A DNA stretch of 64,000 nucleotides from Lama glama (Eukaryota): the NCBI GenBank assembly GCA_028534125.1, contig CM052817.1:2606001-2670000 (forward strand), written 5' to 3'. A model generated the notes under the pieces. The model was not told where the DNA came from, did no database searches, and saw nothing but the letters and a program-made list of their open reading frames with translations. The position numbers and the translations under genes were made by a program. Of the stretch, positions 49,176 through 62,834 are shown piece by piece (position 1 is the first letter of the stretch; each line of letters opens with the position of its first letter).

Positions 49176-52100
49176 GGTAGGCTTTGCCCAAACAGCATCT
49201 CCTACAAAATATCGTAAAGCCTTCCGACCAGACATGCTGAACAGGCTTTTCCAGTAGCTACTTCACATTCTTCCTGGAATCCCTAACGTTTCCCCTCCTC
49301 CGTCCCTCCTGCTTGTACCACCTGGTCCTGCGAGCTCCTAGGGTGGCCAAGCAAGGCAGGACAGGCGTAGCTGCATACAATGGAAGCAGAATGAAATGGC
49401 TTAAATGGATCAGCAGTTTACTTTCATGAAATCGGGAGGTGAGACCACAGAGGCTTCTCTTTTTCTGCTTCAACATACTCAGTGTGTGAGGGCTATCTTC
49501 ATGGTCAAAACCTGGCTGCTACAGCTCCAACTATCACATCTGCATCCCAGCCAAAAAAGAAGGGAAGAACAGGAGTTAAAGAGGTTAAGCAGTTGCCATC
49601 TGTCCCCCTTTAAGGAATGTTCCTAAAGTCCAACTCGGGTGCTTCCACCTTCACCTCACTGGCCAAGCCTGCAGCTCCAACCTCACCTGCTCCTCCCTTT
49701 GGCCTGGGTCTTGGGGTCCCACCAAGCCCACTTCTTCCCCAGCACAACTCCACACCAGAATTCTGCACCCATCTCCTTCCCATCAGAGGCTCAGAGGATG
49801 GTCCTCATTCCTCATCACTCTACAGGTGGGAAGACTCGGGCCCCAAGGAAAGGGGCTCATCAGAGTCTCTCAATGTTGGTGACCCTGCAAGGTGGCCTCG
49901 CCCCCTCACTACTCCCACCCAGAGCTCCAGCTGGCATCCTCTGTCTGGTTCTCTGAGGATGACATTCCAAGAGATTGATTGGAAGATCCAGGACCACCCA
50001 GTGAGTCATCTCGCAGCAAGGGTACCAAGCACCCCAGAGCCCTCCAGAATTGGGGCCGTGGTCCACCCACCCATGCTCCTTGTTCACTCTGCCCCCGGCA
50101 CAGTCCAGACGTGGTGCTGAGCATGGGGTTCCATCAAAGGGTCCCTTTGTCTTCCTAGAACAGTGCTTCGGGATGTGCTCACTCCCCTCCCATCTCCCAG
50201 AGGGAGGGCCCTGCTGACCCTGCCCGCCCCTCAACTAAGAGACCGTGGGGACAGAAATGGGCAAATGACCCCGGGGCATGGGCACGATCCTACCCGACAC
50301 TCAGATCGGGCTGGAAAAGAACTGGAAAAAGAATTAGATAATCCTATAGCTGCCCCCAGTCTCCTGCCCTGTCCCATCCACAGGTGGGCAGCCTGAGGGT
50401 CCCAGAAACATGGGGTCTGGCCGATGAGGCCACCTGAGTCAGAGCCTGGCTCCGAATCCGCACCAAAGTTCTCCCAGCCACCCTGCACGGGGCAGGCCCT
50501 TTTCCATTTTGCAGAGGAGAGCCTAAGTTAATTCCCCGAAGGCACTTGAGACCCCATGCTCCCTGTCCCTGCCCAGAGCACCCCCCCCACCCCCCACAAT
50601 GCAGCACCCTGCTGTCCCCTCCCAGGTCAGGAGGACCTCGATGGGCTTCCTACCCCCTTCTGTCTTAACACCCAACTGGAGCCTAGATGGGCAGAGACAA
50701 ACCTGTGAGGACCCGTGCAAGGAAAGGGTACTTTCAAGGCAGAGATTCCTGAATGCAACTCAGTTCTTGGAAGTCACTTTTTCCTTCTCTGCTCCCCAGG
50801 CACCCGCCCTCTCACGTCCTGCCAGAAATTTGTGCCTCGTGAAAACCCTGAGAGGATGGGGCGGCCTCCCCGCCATGGGCCTGCTGCTGACGTGGCCTTG
50901 CGCCTGGCCACCACCGGGAGAACCAAGGAGACCATGGGGGCGGGAGGCAGCCAAACTGCCTTCTAGCAGGGGTGCCTACGGCGGGCTTTCTGGGCAAAGG
51001 GGCTGAAGACAGATGGAGTGGACAGGACCCCCTCTGTTATTCGGCTCTAGGGTTGCACGGAGCCTGCAGGGCCTCCATCCCAGCCCCGCCCCCAGAAACC
51101 CCTATGGTACCCTCCCTCCTTCTGTGCAAAGCCCTGGCCACCCACCCTCTGCAGGTAAGGGCAGGAGAGTCTGACCCAAGTTACTCAGAATGCTTGGCAA
51201 GCCCAGGTATGTCTGACCCAGAGCCTGTGCCCTCCGGGCCATGGCCTCCTGGGGCTGAAAACTCCATGAGGGAGCATGAACCCAGGACAAATGTCAGGGA
51301 CACCTGAGCTGCAAGGACCCGAGAGCCACCCAGCCTGTGTGACATTCTGATGGGGACTCGGAGGCCCAGAGAGGGTGGGAGTTCCCAGGCAGGTTGGAGA
51401 CTGAGTTGGGACCCCGCACCTCCCTTCTAAGTGGCCAGCCCTTTCCTCAGCCCCCTCCCTCCCCTCCCTCTCCTCCTTCCCTGGCACTGGGGGAGGGGAC
51501 AGAACTTCTCCAGGCCCGTGAGCACCACCGGATAGAAATGAATTTCAAAATAAATCTCTGCATGAATCACCGTGCCAGGAAACCTCGAAAACTGCCTGTG
51601 CCTGTCTCACCCATCAGACGGCTTCCTGCAGTCTCCGGAAATCACTCACTGGTTAATTCGGAACAAACGCTGTCCCTGCTACAACTCTGGGCCACCCAGT
51701 CAGTTGGAGCCGCCCCGAAGGCTGCCTGGTAATGACAGTCCTGGGCCACTGCTGTTCCTTTCATGCTTGTTCCCGTCCCCAGCAGTAATGAATGGTGACA
51801 GGGCAACCAAGAGGAGGCTCCATCCGCACACCAGTCCTTAGCTCAGTGTTTAAAATTAGCTAGGAGAGGCTCAGGCTGCCTCAGCAAACTGGTACTCAGC
51901 ACTGCTGAGCCACCCAGACGGTGGGCGGGGAGGGCAGCCAGCTCTGGGTCCCCACAGCGGGGACACGTCCAGGGGGCTGTCACCTGACTGCCACAGTCAG
52001 TGAAGCTGCAACACAGACCATCACCCAGGAGGAAGTAATCGGCCCCCCGGGGACTAACTGCTCTTGATGTTTTCCCGGCTCCCTTGCGGGCTTTCTCTGA

Positions 52101-55100
52101 GTGTGTGGTTTCCAAGGACAGACGCACCTCTCTGTAACTCGCTATGGCTGAAGCGCAGTGCATTCGGGGTGTTTTCCTCTTTGCTGTGTTTTAATGCCAC
52201 CTGCAAGCCCCGAGTCAAACACCAGGGGGAAGCTGCCCAAGGTGGCCTCTGATGTGGGGGGAATGTTTCAAACCCCGAGGCTCTGGTTCACTGGTTAGAC
52301 CCTCATGGGGCCCAGCGGCCCTGGCTGCAGGTTCCACACTGTCACGTGGCCTCAGGGACCACAGCCTCCTGCTTATGAGAGCAGTGGTGTGGGCAGAGCA
52401 GGCCCGGGCTCTGCCTCTATCCCGTGTGGTGTCTTCATCTGTGAAATGGGAACAGATGTACCATCGCCGCAGAGCCAATGGTGTCTTGACCGGAGCTCCG
52501 TTACTGGCCGCTGCACCCTCCCCAGCAGGTGACTCACAGGTCAGGGCCTCCGCTGGGGATGGCTCCCCTGCCCAGCCTAGAGCCCATGGAGGTAGGAAAG
52601 GGCCCTGGCTGGGTCTGCCCCGGCGTCCCGAGGGGGACTTCAGCCAAGACCACTTCCTGGCATAATTCCTTCCCCTGCCCGGTCCTGAACAACCAGAAGC
52701 CCTGTCTCAGGCTCTGCTTCCACAGGCTGGCCCCCCGCTTCGCACAGGCTGGGTGCGACGTCCCAGATAACCAAAGCCCGTCCGGTGTTTCCCACGTGTC
52801 ACTTGTCCAGGGTGGTCCAGCGCTTAGCAGCTGTGGCCCTCAGCCCTCAGCCCTCTTGCCCGTCGGGAAATGCCTGGGGGCATCTGTGGAGGCGCACAGG
52901 CTCAGACTGCAGGTGCCCATCTCTCTCCCTGCCGCCCTGGGCTCCCCTTTCATGAGAGGCACGGGTCCTCAGGACCGTGGAGAAATCCCAACTCCTAAGG
53001 GCTGGAGTGAAATTTGACTTCATTGTGCTGCTTTGGTTACTCCAGACTTGTAATTACAAAATCTCAGACTTACCTGTACTCAGCTTTCTAGTTTCCATGG
53101 AAACCCCAAATGTTATCTGCCATCTGCTCAGGAGGGGAGTGACTGGCCAGCTGCCGGCCGTTCAGGGATGGGGTGTGAGGCTGGGCAGGCCTCGGCTGGG
53201 AAGGGAAGGGTCCCCAAAGGTGCCAGTCAGCCCCAGGACTCAGATGAAGTTACTGGCTTGGAGTGGGGCGGCTACCTGCTCACTTTACAAGTGGGCAAAC
53301 TGAGGCTTGGGAAGGGGACGGGACTTACCCCAACCCTGAAAACCCAGCCTCAGGACCCGTTGGCACACGTGGGTATGTCGTCCAGAGAACACAGCCAGCA
53401 TTTCACGGTACAGCCACTGTTTACATGGTCAAAACTTCATGGCCATGGTTGGGGCAGATGGACCCCACAGCCATGATGGGACGCGGGATAGGCTTCCCTT
53501 CCATCCAGTCCCACTGGGGCCTCTGAGCGCCTGCCTGCACACGGGTGACTCGGAGCGGCCTTCGGGTGAGTCAGAGGCCTCATCTCTGGCTGGGGAGGGG
53601 GCGCCAGGGCTCCTGATGGGCAGTATACGGCCACAGGGCCGCCAGCACCACCCGCCCTCACGGCCCCTGGCAGCTGGCTAGCATTGGGGTGACTGCCTGG
53701 AATGTCACCGCCCTGCCTCTCACAGCTCAAAATGCTCGCCCTTGCAGCTGTGGGGGATGGAAGGGAGGGTTCAGTGCTGGGGGTGGGGAGGGTGTCGTGA
53801 GGGGTTTGGAGGCCCAGGCCAGGCTGGGGAAATTGGAGAGGTCACAGGCTCTCCAGTCCTGCCAGGCCACATGCTGACCCCATGACTGGCGCCAGGTGGG
53901 CTCCAATGGGCAGTGCCATGGGTCGGCCCAATGAGAAGCCAGCGGGCGGTCTTGGGGGCTCCCCGGCTGCAGTCAGGCCTTCCGTGAGCCGACAGAGGGC
54001 GGGCCGCCTGGCTAACCAAGCAGTTTTCATTCAGAGCAGGAGGGGGAGCTTGCGTTGTGGTTTTCACTTGTGCCAAGGAATGGCTCCCAACACCGCTGGG
54101 CCTCTGCTGGAGCCTCTGGGCGGGCGGGTGCCTCCGCGGGGGAGGACGTACACGCAGCCCTTGGCCTGCACCCCCGGGGCAGAGGGACCCCCGGCCGAGG
54201 GAGGGGCCCGGAGGGAGGGACCTGCCCGGGTCGCGCAGGGCGTGCAGACCTGAGGTTAAGTCAGGCGAAGTTGGCACTGAGCATCGTGGGTGGAGCTGGG
54301 CCGGGCTCAGCTGGCTCTGAAGGATGGTCGTGACTCCCACGTGGCCTGGGAGGTCGGGTGAGGGCTCCACTTTGTTTTCAGTAGTCAGGTCCCCAGGATT
54401 AAACAGACTGTGTAAGAAATAGGGAATTCCAACCAAGTTCTGTTCTGGGGCACCAAGGGTTTAAGATAAATTCTTTCTGCTTCACCCCTTGCTGTGGAAA
54501 GTACTTCTGCATAGTCCTCTCAGCAGTGCCGTCAGGGCACAGCCCATCCGGAGCTGTGACAACCCCCTCCCCTGGGGCTCCGGGTCATGAGAAGCCCCTG
54601 GCTGTCCCTCTGGGCACGCGTCTTCTTGTGAAGCACCCACAGGGGCAGGGAGAGCCCCTTCTCCTCCCGCGTCCCAGGCCCACTAGAGCCAGGCAGCCCT
54701 GGGTTCCAGCTCTGGTGCTGCCACTTTCCGTGTGGCCTTAGGCAACAGTCTCAACCTCTCTGTCTGATTTCACATCGGGATAGAGTGTGGACGGGAACCA
54801 GCTTCTCTGGGTTGAGGATGGGAAGCCAGGGCAGGCGCGCTCCCTGCTGGTCTCCCGAGCCAGCTCCATCTCAGCCCTCAGCCTCAGCCCACCCGCCCTG
54901 CCGCCTCCAGGGCCGCAGAGGCGGCCATGGGTGTCTCCATCCCCTTAAGTCTTACAGGCGGGGAAACCGAGGCTGCAGGAGCCGCCAACCAATTTCCCAG
55001 GATGTCTGCCAGGATCTACAAGCTACAGGGCAGGAGACAGTTCCCGGACCCTGCCTATGGGGACATGGCGCTGCCATCCTTCCTGCTCAGGAACCTCCAC

Positions 55101-57313
55101 CTAACCACACGCTCAGCACCTCTTGGGTCAGATTCCCACCTGAGTGAGTCTGGCTTTGGGCTGGTTCCCTAGGGTCAGATCCTCAGGCCTTGTCCCATCA
55201 GCGGTGGCCAGAGCTAGGTGCTGGTGGCCACCCTTCCAGGGATTCTGGGTGGGTACGTGTGATATTGTGATTTAGGACAGGAAATACATCAAATACATCT
55301 CCACCAAGGGTGGAGAACACTGAGTCCCAGGTGGATGGAGGCGGAGCCTGCCCGCCTAAATGCGCTGGAACGAGCACGTGAGTCTCTCTGCTTCACGTTG
55401 GAGGCGTAGGAATTCCCACTTTACAGATGGGGAAACTGAGGCTCCCTAACCTGCCCAGGGTCACACAGCCAAGAGGCTGAGGCCACATTCAAAGCCAGTC
55501 TGCTTGGGCTGGTTTTGTTTTTTCTCAACACCTGCTGGCTGTCTCCTCGTGCCCTGTCCCCAGTGTCCCTCTGCCTGGATGGTGCATTGGCTGTGGCTGT
55601 CCAGTGTGGCCCGGGGATTGAGCTTCACTGGGCTTGAGTTCCAGGAATGAGGGTGGGGCCTTGCAATGGGCCCTGAGCCCTGAGTAAGAGGGCCAAAGGC
55701 CCATGGGACTCATGAAAGCCTGGGGCTGGGGGCAGCACTTGGGCTGCAGCACCTGTGAGGCTGTGATCTGAAGCGGCCACATTCCAAGCCCTGACCCCTG
55801 ACCCCCGACGCTGGGCTCAGGCCCAGCAGCTCTCAGGAAGGGCATCTGCAAGGCAGGAAGGCGGCACATCTGAGTCTGGGCGTCAGGGCCTACGGGGACC
55901 GCCCAGGCCCTGCCCACCCGCCTGGGTCCTGCCTGAGCCCCACTTTTAAGAGAAATTCAACAGGCTTGTGCCTTAGGTATTCTTGAATCATTCACAGGAA
56001 GTTTTGCATTTCTTGACTTTTTCTGTTAAAAAAAAATCCACACTTGTGAGAAAATACTTAGCTCTTGAAAGGAAACTCATTCAAGAATTAAACTCTACTG
56101 ACTGCCATGTGGATTTCCAAAGACTAATAAAACACTCACTACAGAGCACAGTACTCGGGTGTCGGCAGAAAGCGATCCGAAGGCAGCTAACGGCTGACAC
56201 GCTGGCAGACACCTGAGCGTCACTCAGCAGACAGTTCTGAGCACCCGAAACGGGCCTGACTCTGGCCAGGACCTGGAGTCAAGGAGAGGACCCAGGGGCA
56301 CCCCACACGCCCGAGAATCCCCTGGGGTCGGGCCCCCAAAAGCAGGATGGCGACCGTGTGATGGGGGCTGGCCCATCCTAAGGCTCAGTAACGGAGCCGG
56401 GGGAGAGAGGCTTCCCAGAGAGCTGGCTTTGTCTGGGTTCTGAAGGACGGGCACTTGCCAAGCAGAAAAGATGGGGAAGTGTTTTCCACCCAGAGGGAGC
56501 AGCGCGTGAAAGGCTCCCAGGCGCCAAGTGCGCTGGAGCGGCCTCTCTGCAGCTCTGAGAGCCACAGCCGCCAGCTGGGCCCACCTCAGGGGTCCTGACC
56601 AGCAGTCGGGGTGGGCCCCAGGACAGACCCCCACACGGGGTGAACGCTGTCTGTCAGGCCACACTCTGAGCAGCAAAGGCGGCGTCCCGAGGGCAGGGCC
56701 CGTGCCCCGTGGCAGCCGCAGCCCCGCCGTGCTGCACCGGGCGGAGGCGCCTCTCAGAGTGGCCTCGTTCCCGCCACGAGAGCCCCGCACGGGGGAGAGC
56801 GCACGAGGGCAAGGCCGGCGGGACACGCCCCACAGAAAACGGGGCAGGACAGCATCACTGACGGGACCTGTTGGCTAAAACTGCAGACAACTGTAAATGG
56901 AAGCACATGAGGATTTCTTTTTCTGGAATCAAAAGAAGGACCAGTTCCCGTGGGGGGAGGAGGCAGGGCAGAAGGGCAGCAGAGGGGAACAGCCGCGGAG
57001 TGGCGAGGGGCTGGCGAGGACAACCGCCCCGTGTCCTCACACACTGAACCCGCGCCCCTAGAAGGGCGCCCCTGTGTCTTCTGAGCCACAAGAACGGTCA
57101 CACTCCCTTTCTGACGTAAAGATGCCGAACACGTTTAAGAGCAACCGTGTCTAAAACCAACCCCACACTCGGGGGGTGTCTGCGGGGCGGGCGGGGCTAC
57201 GCTCTGCGAGAACCCTGAGGAACCCAACCTGGAACAGCACGGGGCACAGCTGCGGCCCGCGCAGCCCGGCGGCTTCCTCGGGGCTCGGCCTCTGCACGCG
57301 GGGGACAAGCGGC

Positions 57314-57519
57314 TCACAGACGCTGCCTCTCCTTCCTGGCGGCCGGGGCCGGCCGCAGCTCCCCGGGCCCGTGGGCGAACGGGCAGCAGTCCGAGGGCAG
57401 AACACAGCCGTCAGGGTGATGAGTGAAGAACCAACAGATGCGGGTTTTGCGGGCTTCCAGTTCCTTCTCCCGCAGCTTCTCTTCTCTCCAGTCGCGGATG
57501 CGAACTTGCCCGTTCACAA
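57314..57519 (-). CDS. TRMT44: tRNA (uracil-O2')-methyltransferase TRMT44, last coding exon (C3H1-type zinc finger)
   Basis: cag|VVNGQVRIRDWREE...KTRICWFFTHHPDGCVLPSDCCPFAHGPGELRP...*; 206 nt; in phase with the preceding exon. Confidence 0.92.
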
Positions 57520-60500
57520 CTGGGGTTGGGAAGAGAAAAGACACAGCCAAGGAGTTAAATGTCAATTCAACTCCCCAGGGTCTGTGATGGCAGCTGCCAG
57601 GGCTGGGGACACAGACATGAGACAGAGTCCCCACCGCCCTTGGTAGTGGGAGAGAAACAACGCAATGGGGTCCCGACCAGGGACCCCAACCCCCTACCCA
57701 CCCCTGAGGCTCCTGGTCCCCACCTAAAGGGGAGCATGAGGGAGGGGATGAGGGAGCGAGGACAGGATGGAGGCGTCGGGAGGAGCTACTGGACACCAGG
57801 CGAAGGGGGAGGAGCCCTGCGTCTGAAGTTCTGGTGGTGATGAGATCTAGGTGGGGCCCAGCAGGTGGCTGGGACAGCATGGGGGACTAGCTTGTAGAAC
57901 AAGACTAAGGACCTGGGAGACCACATGCATGGCCTCCCCCCAATCAGGAAAAATGTTGGGACGTCTGCACAGTGGCATTGGTCCTCGAGAACACATCTCC
58001 ACATCACAGAGAGAAAACGGAGTGAGACGGGAGAGGTTCAGGCTGGTGACGACGAGGGGCAGGCTGTGGGAGCCCCCTAAGAGTAAACAGCAAGCAGGGG
58101 TAGGGGGCACGTGGCCCTGTTAGCAGGGTGGGGGCAGCAGGCCTCCACGCGCAGGGATTCAGACGCCTGCCCTGAGCAGACGCCCTGAGAGATGTAGCGG
58201 GAGAGACCCGTGTGGCCAGGGTGACCATGAAGCTGAGCAGGGGAAGGTCAGGGAAGGGGCAGTGGCCCATCAGCTGACCCCCTGCAGAGCTGCCTCCTGA
58301 GCTGGTCACCCCCACTTGGCTGACAGCCCCCCAGGAGTTTCCACTTGGCCGTTTCATCTTGAGACGTCAACATCTCCTCGTGAAATGTGGCCAAAGCAAC
58401 CAAACCCATGCTGGTTTTCCCTGGAAGCTGCAAACCACCTGGAGACGCCAAGACTTGGGAGAAATAAAGGAGGCTTATTGAACACGCCTGGCTCTCCAGC
58501 TTCTAAGGAGACCTTGGAACTGTGGATTAAAGCTTGAATTTCGCTTTCAAATGGCCTTGTGCCACGCAGTAATGAGCCTGTCCGTCTTTGCAGACAGGTA
58601 TTTACTAAATACTTTCCCCTGAAACCAGAAAAGGAGCCGCAGAGGCGCCGCTCAGCGCTCAGCGCGGAGGGACACAATGCGGGGATTCATCCCCCGGGGC
58701 AGCCAAGGAGCGCCTGCTGAGGGCCAGGCGGGGTCCTGCCTCCCTCCCTCCACAGGCCTGCTCCGGGGCTGCTCTCCCTACAACGCAGACGCTGAGTGCC
58801 AGCCTGAAAGCGGGGGTCGGGAGACGCCACCACCTGCAGCTGGATGTTCCCACAGCAGCACCTCCTGGCACAGCTGGGAATGACACGTCCCAGAAAGTGT
58901 GCGCCCCAGAAAGACAAGGTGCCCCTGATGGCCTGAATGGGGTCAGGAGAAATCTGGGGGAGAGGGGTTTGCTGGGGCTGAAGCTGGGTACAATCCCCAC
59001 CCTCCAGACGCCAGGCCCGGTCCCCTCCCGTCAGGACAGGCTGGCTCACAGCAGGCCCTGCTCTGGAGGTTTAAGATGAAACCTAGCCGTGTTTTTGGAG
59101 CAGTACCTGCAGGGTTGAGGAGAAGGGGCCCAGACAGTATTTGCAGGGCCTGGGGAGTGGGCACTAACGCCAAGAGGTGGCCCTGCCGATGGCAGAGGCC
59201 AGGGAGTCCTGAGGTGGCCAGGCTGGCCGACGCACACGCTCCCCACACCCCCAGCCTCCAGCCTCCAGCCCGGCAGGCCTGTGCCTCCGCGGGCGCGCTC
59301 CAGCCAGCTCACAGGCCGGACAGTGGACTCTCTCTGTGTACAAATGTGCTCCTGATTTTAAATGAACTACAGGCACAAAATATGCTCTACAAAGTTCACG
59401 TTTCACCCGACGGTTCCGAACCCACTTGCTCCCTTAAGTGCGAATTCCCTTGGACTTGCTGAACCTCCTGTTCTGGATTCTCTGCCATTTCTGACAACAG
59501 ACGTGACCTTAACCAAAGTGTCCCGAGGAACCAGCTGAAGATTCTTCCAGAGAGTCACTACAGTTTACCAGGACAGTGCGGTGTGCTCAGCAGCACGGGC
59601 TCTGGAGTCCATCTGGACCTGGGTCACCAGCCCAGGCCCTCCGCTCACAGGAGACCCCGGGCAAGTCACCGACCTAGCCGAGCTGCGTCCACACCCTAAG
59701 GCCGTGAGCACGGGGACCATCTGTGCTGGGCGGCCCTGGGGCGCCCGGCCCATCAGGCGCTCAGTGCAGGCTGAACTGAAGGCACCTGAAATGGTTTTGC
59801 CCCCTCATTCGTGTAAACATTACTAGAAAACCAACCACGCTAGTTTAACAAAAACCTGACACGGAGATAAGGCGCAGCTCCAGTGCATAGGTCTTGCAGG
59901 ACTGGGAGCCGAATGTTTACTGGAGCTCAGTCCCCAAGCCTCCTACTCAGAAGTGTTTCCAAAAATAAATGTGCCCTCCATGTGAACTGCAGAGAAAAGC
60001 ATTCCCAACACGCATATTTATGATGGAAAAACACACTATTTTACGAAATCAAACCAAACCTGTGCTGGGGACAGCAGAAGGAACAGCTACTCTGGGCCGC
60101 GACGAGTGCTGAGCTGACTACAGCTCTGCGCAGCAGGGCTCGGCCCTGCCCCTGCCCCTCCGCTCTCCGAGGGGCCTGCCCCCCGCAACCTCCAACCCGG
60201 AGACGCCCCTTCCATTTGTGGGGCTCCCTGCCCCGTAACAGGAGCCTTTATCCAAGTGAAACTGAGCTGAAGTGAAAGCAGTGTGGCTCTGAAAGGACAA
60301 CCAGCCGACCGAAGGCACTGCCGGTGAGGGAAGGCGTCACTCAACCCCTCAGGAGGTCTCCAGGCCGAGGGAGTGGACAGGTGTGCTCCCCCAAGTCACT
60401 GTCCAACCACCCGGCCTGGAAGGACCACAAAGCTCAGGGTGGGGGATCAGCCCAAACCCTGGGGCTCAGACAGCCGCCCGTGTGCCCAGACAAGGCCTCT

Positions 60501-62717
60501 GGGCCCAGCACATGCCCACAGCCCTCGGGTCAGCCCCAGTGCGCCAGGTCAGACTTCAATTCTGTGTTGCCACAATGGCTCTCCTCACCTCTGCAAGAGC
60601 CTGGGCCCAGCTGGCCAGCGGCCTCCTCCCCATGCAGACCCAACCAGGCCACTGTCCCAAGGCCCTGGGACACCGCTTGGTGTGCCTTCCTCCCCACCAG
60701 GTCCTGGAGACAGGGAGGTGTCATCTCAGGGTGCAACCCCCGGCACAGAGCTGCACGTGGAGGCCCTGCCCACAGAGGTCTGCCCCTCCGTAAAGAGGGG
60801 TTGGGCGGGTGTATCCTCCTCACAGGGACCCTCACTCCTCCATCCTTGGGCAAACGCTGAGTGCCCACGCAAGGGGCTCTGGGCTGCCTCTCAGGCTGCA
60901 GAGCTAGACCTGGCCCCGCCTGCAGGGAGCTCACAGCTGAGCTGGGGCAGTGATGTGACCGCTGCATAAGGATGTGTGACAGAAGCATGTGTGGAACAGG
61001 GTCCCAGAGGAGGCAGGTCTGGGCGGGGGCAGAGGGAAGCTGCCTGGAAGAAGGCTTCGCAGAGGAGACGGCACGCCGGCCCTGCTATCAGAGAAAGCCA
61101 GGCACCAGGCGGGGCAGGGAGCAAGCAGGGAGCCTCGGGGACAGAACAGCAGCACGTCAGGAGTCAAGGGCCCACAGGCCACTGGCAAAGCAGGTGGGGC
61201 CGGGCCGAGCTGGGGAAAGGAAGGCAGCGGGCAGCGTGCGTCCTCACGGGAGCCCAGAGGTCAAGGGGGGCCAGGTCGAGAGGACAGCCCTGGGCCGGCC
61301 TGGTCGGCTACGGAGCCCATGTTCTCAGCACACTGTCATACCCCACTGTCCCAGACCCACCATTCCGCGCGTCTTCCATGTGCCCCCACCCGCCTCCTGG
61401 AAAGAAGAGCGAGCTCGAGGTAACGGCACCAGCCCCCACCCAGCCTCCATGTGCTGTTTCCTGACAGAAACAGCATCAAAGCTGCTTCCACCTCTGATGC
61501 AGCACAGGGCCAGACGCTGGGTGTGGGGGCTGCACCTGGCCCTTGCGGTGCCTAGCAAGGCAGAGAGCAGGTGGCCCAGTGACTGCCGGGCTCAGGGCCC
61601 TTTGCGGGGGCACAGGCAGTGACGCCGCAGCCAGACCCACAGTCCCACGGAGTCATCACGCCCCACTAGCCACAGGGGCCCAACCCTCCTCGCGGCCTCG
61701 GGGCCTGCAGCCTGCCTGCACTACCTACCCGGTCCCTCTCCAACTCAGACCCTTCACACATGCTGTTCCCTCTGCCAGACACGCTCTTCCCGTCCCCTTT
61801 ACCCAGTCCCAGCTCAGCTGTCACTTCCTAAGTGAAGCCTTCCTGACGTTTCTCCGGGACTAGGCCAGGCCTCCCTGGGTGGGAACGTCACCCACGACAT
61901 TCAGGTGACACAAGAAGATGCCCACTACTTTTCAAGCCGCACGCTGCAGTGCTCAGGGGTGACCAGCCAGCTAGCTGGGATGTGCTTTCACAGACTTCCA
62001 TGAAGGGAAGTGGGGGCAAAGCTTTAAGAAGCAAACACAAGTTAAGGACCGTCTGGCTGACGTGTACACGGCCTGCTGTGTGTATGCTGGTAACTTTAAC
62101 AGAACTTCTTTTGAACCCCAGATGCCCATGTAAACATGTGTGACACCCTCTCCCCGTCAGACCACACACTCCGGGAGGGCGGGGCAGTGGTGAAAAAACA
62201 CACAGGCTCCTGGGCCCTTCTCCCTCCTGCGGCCCTGGGGGACTGGGGTGCAGGAGGGAGGGAGAGCAGGTGCGCAGCGGGGGACCGGCAGGAACTGGGG
62301 CCTCCCTCCTCTAAGGGCCCAGGGCCTGGCTGGGAGCTCAGTGTGCTCCCAGTTTGCAGCCAGAGGCCAAAGGAAGGCAAGAAGCGAAGCTCCACCCAGA
62401 AAAGCTCCCTGGGAGACAGGAGGCCCCCAGCAAGCAGGCTCCTCCTCCTGCGTGAGGAGGCAGCACACCATGGGGGGGGCCAGCCCGGGGGAGAGGCTGG
62501 GAGAATCAAAGCCGCAGGGGTGTGAGCCACATTCTGCCTCCACGTGAGGTGCACACAGCGGGGCGATATTCCAGCTCTAAAACTCCATGAAAATAAAGTT
62601 CATTTCATAAGAAAGAGAGGGAGGGAAGGAGGTCTGCAGGGGGTACTCCTCACAGCCTTAGGGAAGGCGAGCGACCTCCCGCAGTGAGACATGAGCGTGG
62701 GACAGGCCGGCCCCTAC

Positions 62718-62834
62718 CTTGGAACACCTGGTGGCTGTTCCGCAGCAGCGTCTGCAGGCCCCCGCACTCGCGCTTCAGTCTCTGCAGAGTCTCCCTGTCC
62801 AGCTCGCCGGCCACTTCTGCCAAGGAAAGGCTCC
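62718..62834 (-). CDS. TRMT44: TRMT44 penultimate coding exon
   Basis: ttttcaacag|(G)SLSLAEVAGELDRETLQRLKRECGGLQTLLRNSHQVFQ|gtagg; 117 nt. The remainder of the gene lies beyond the window. Confidence 0.92.
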
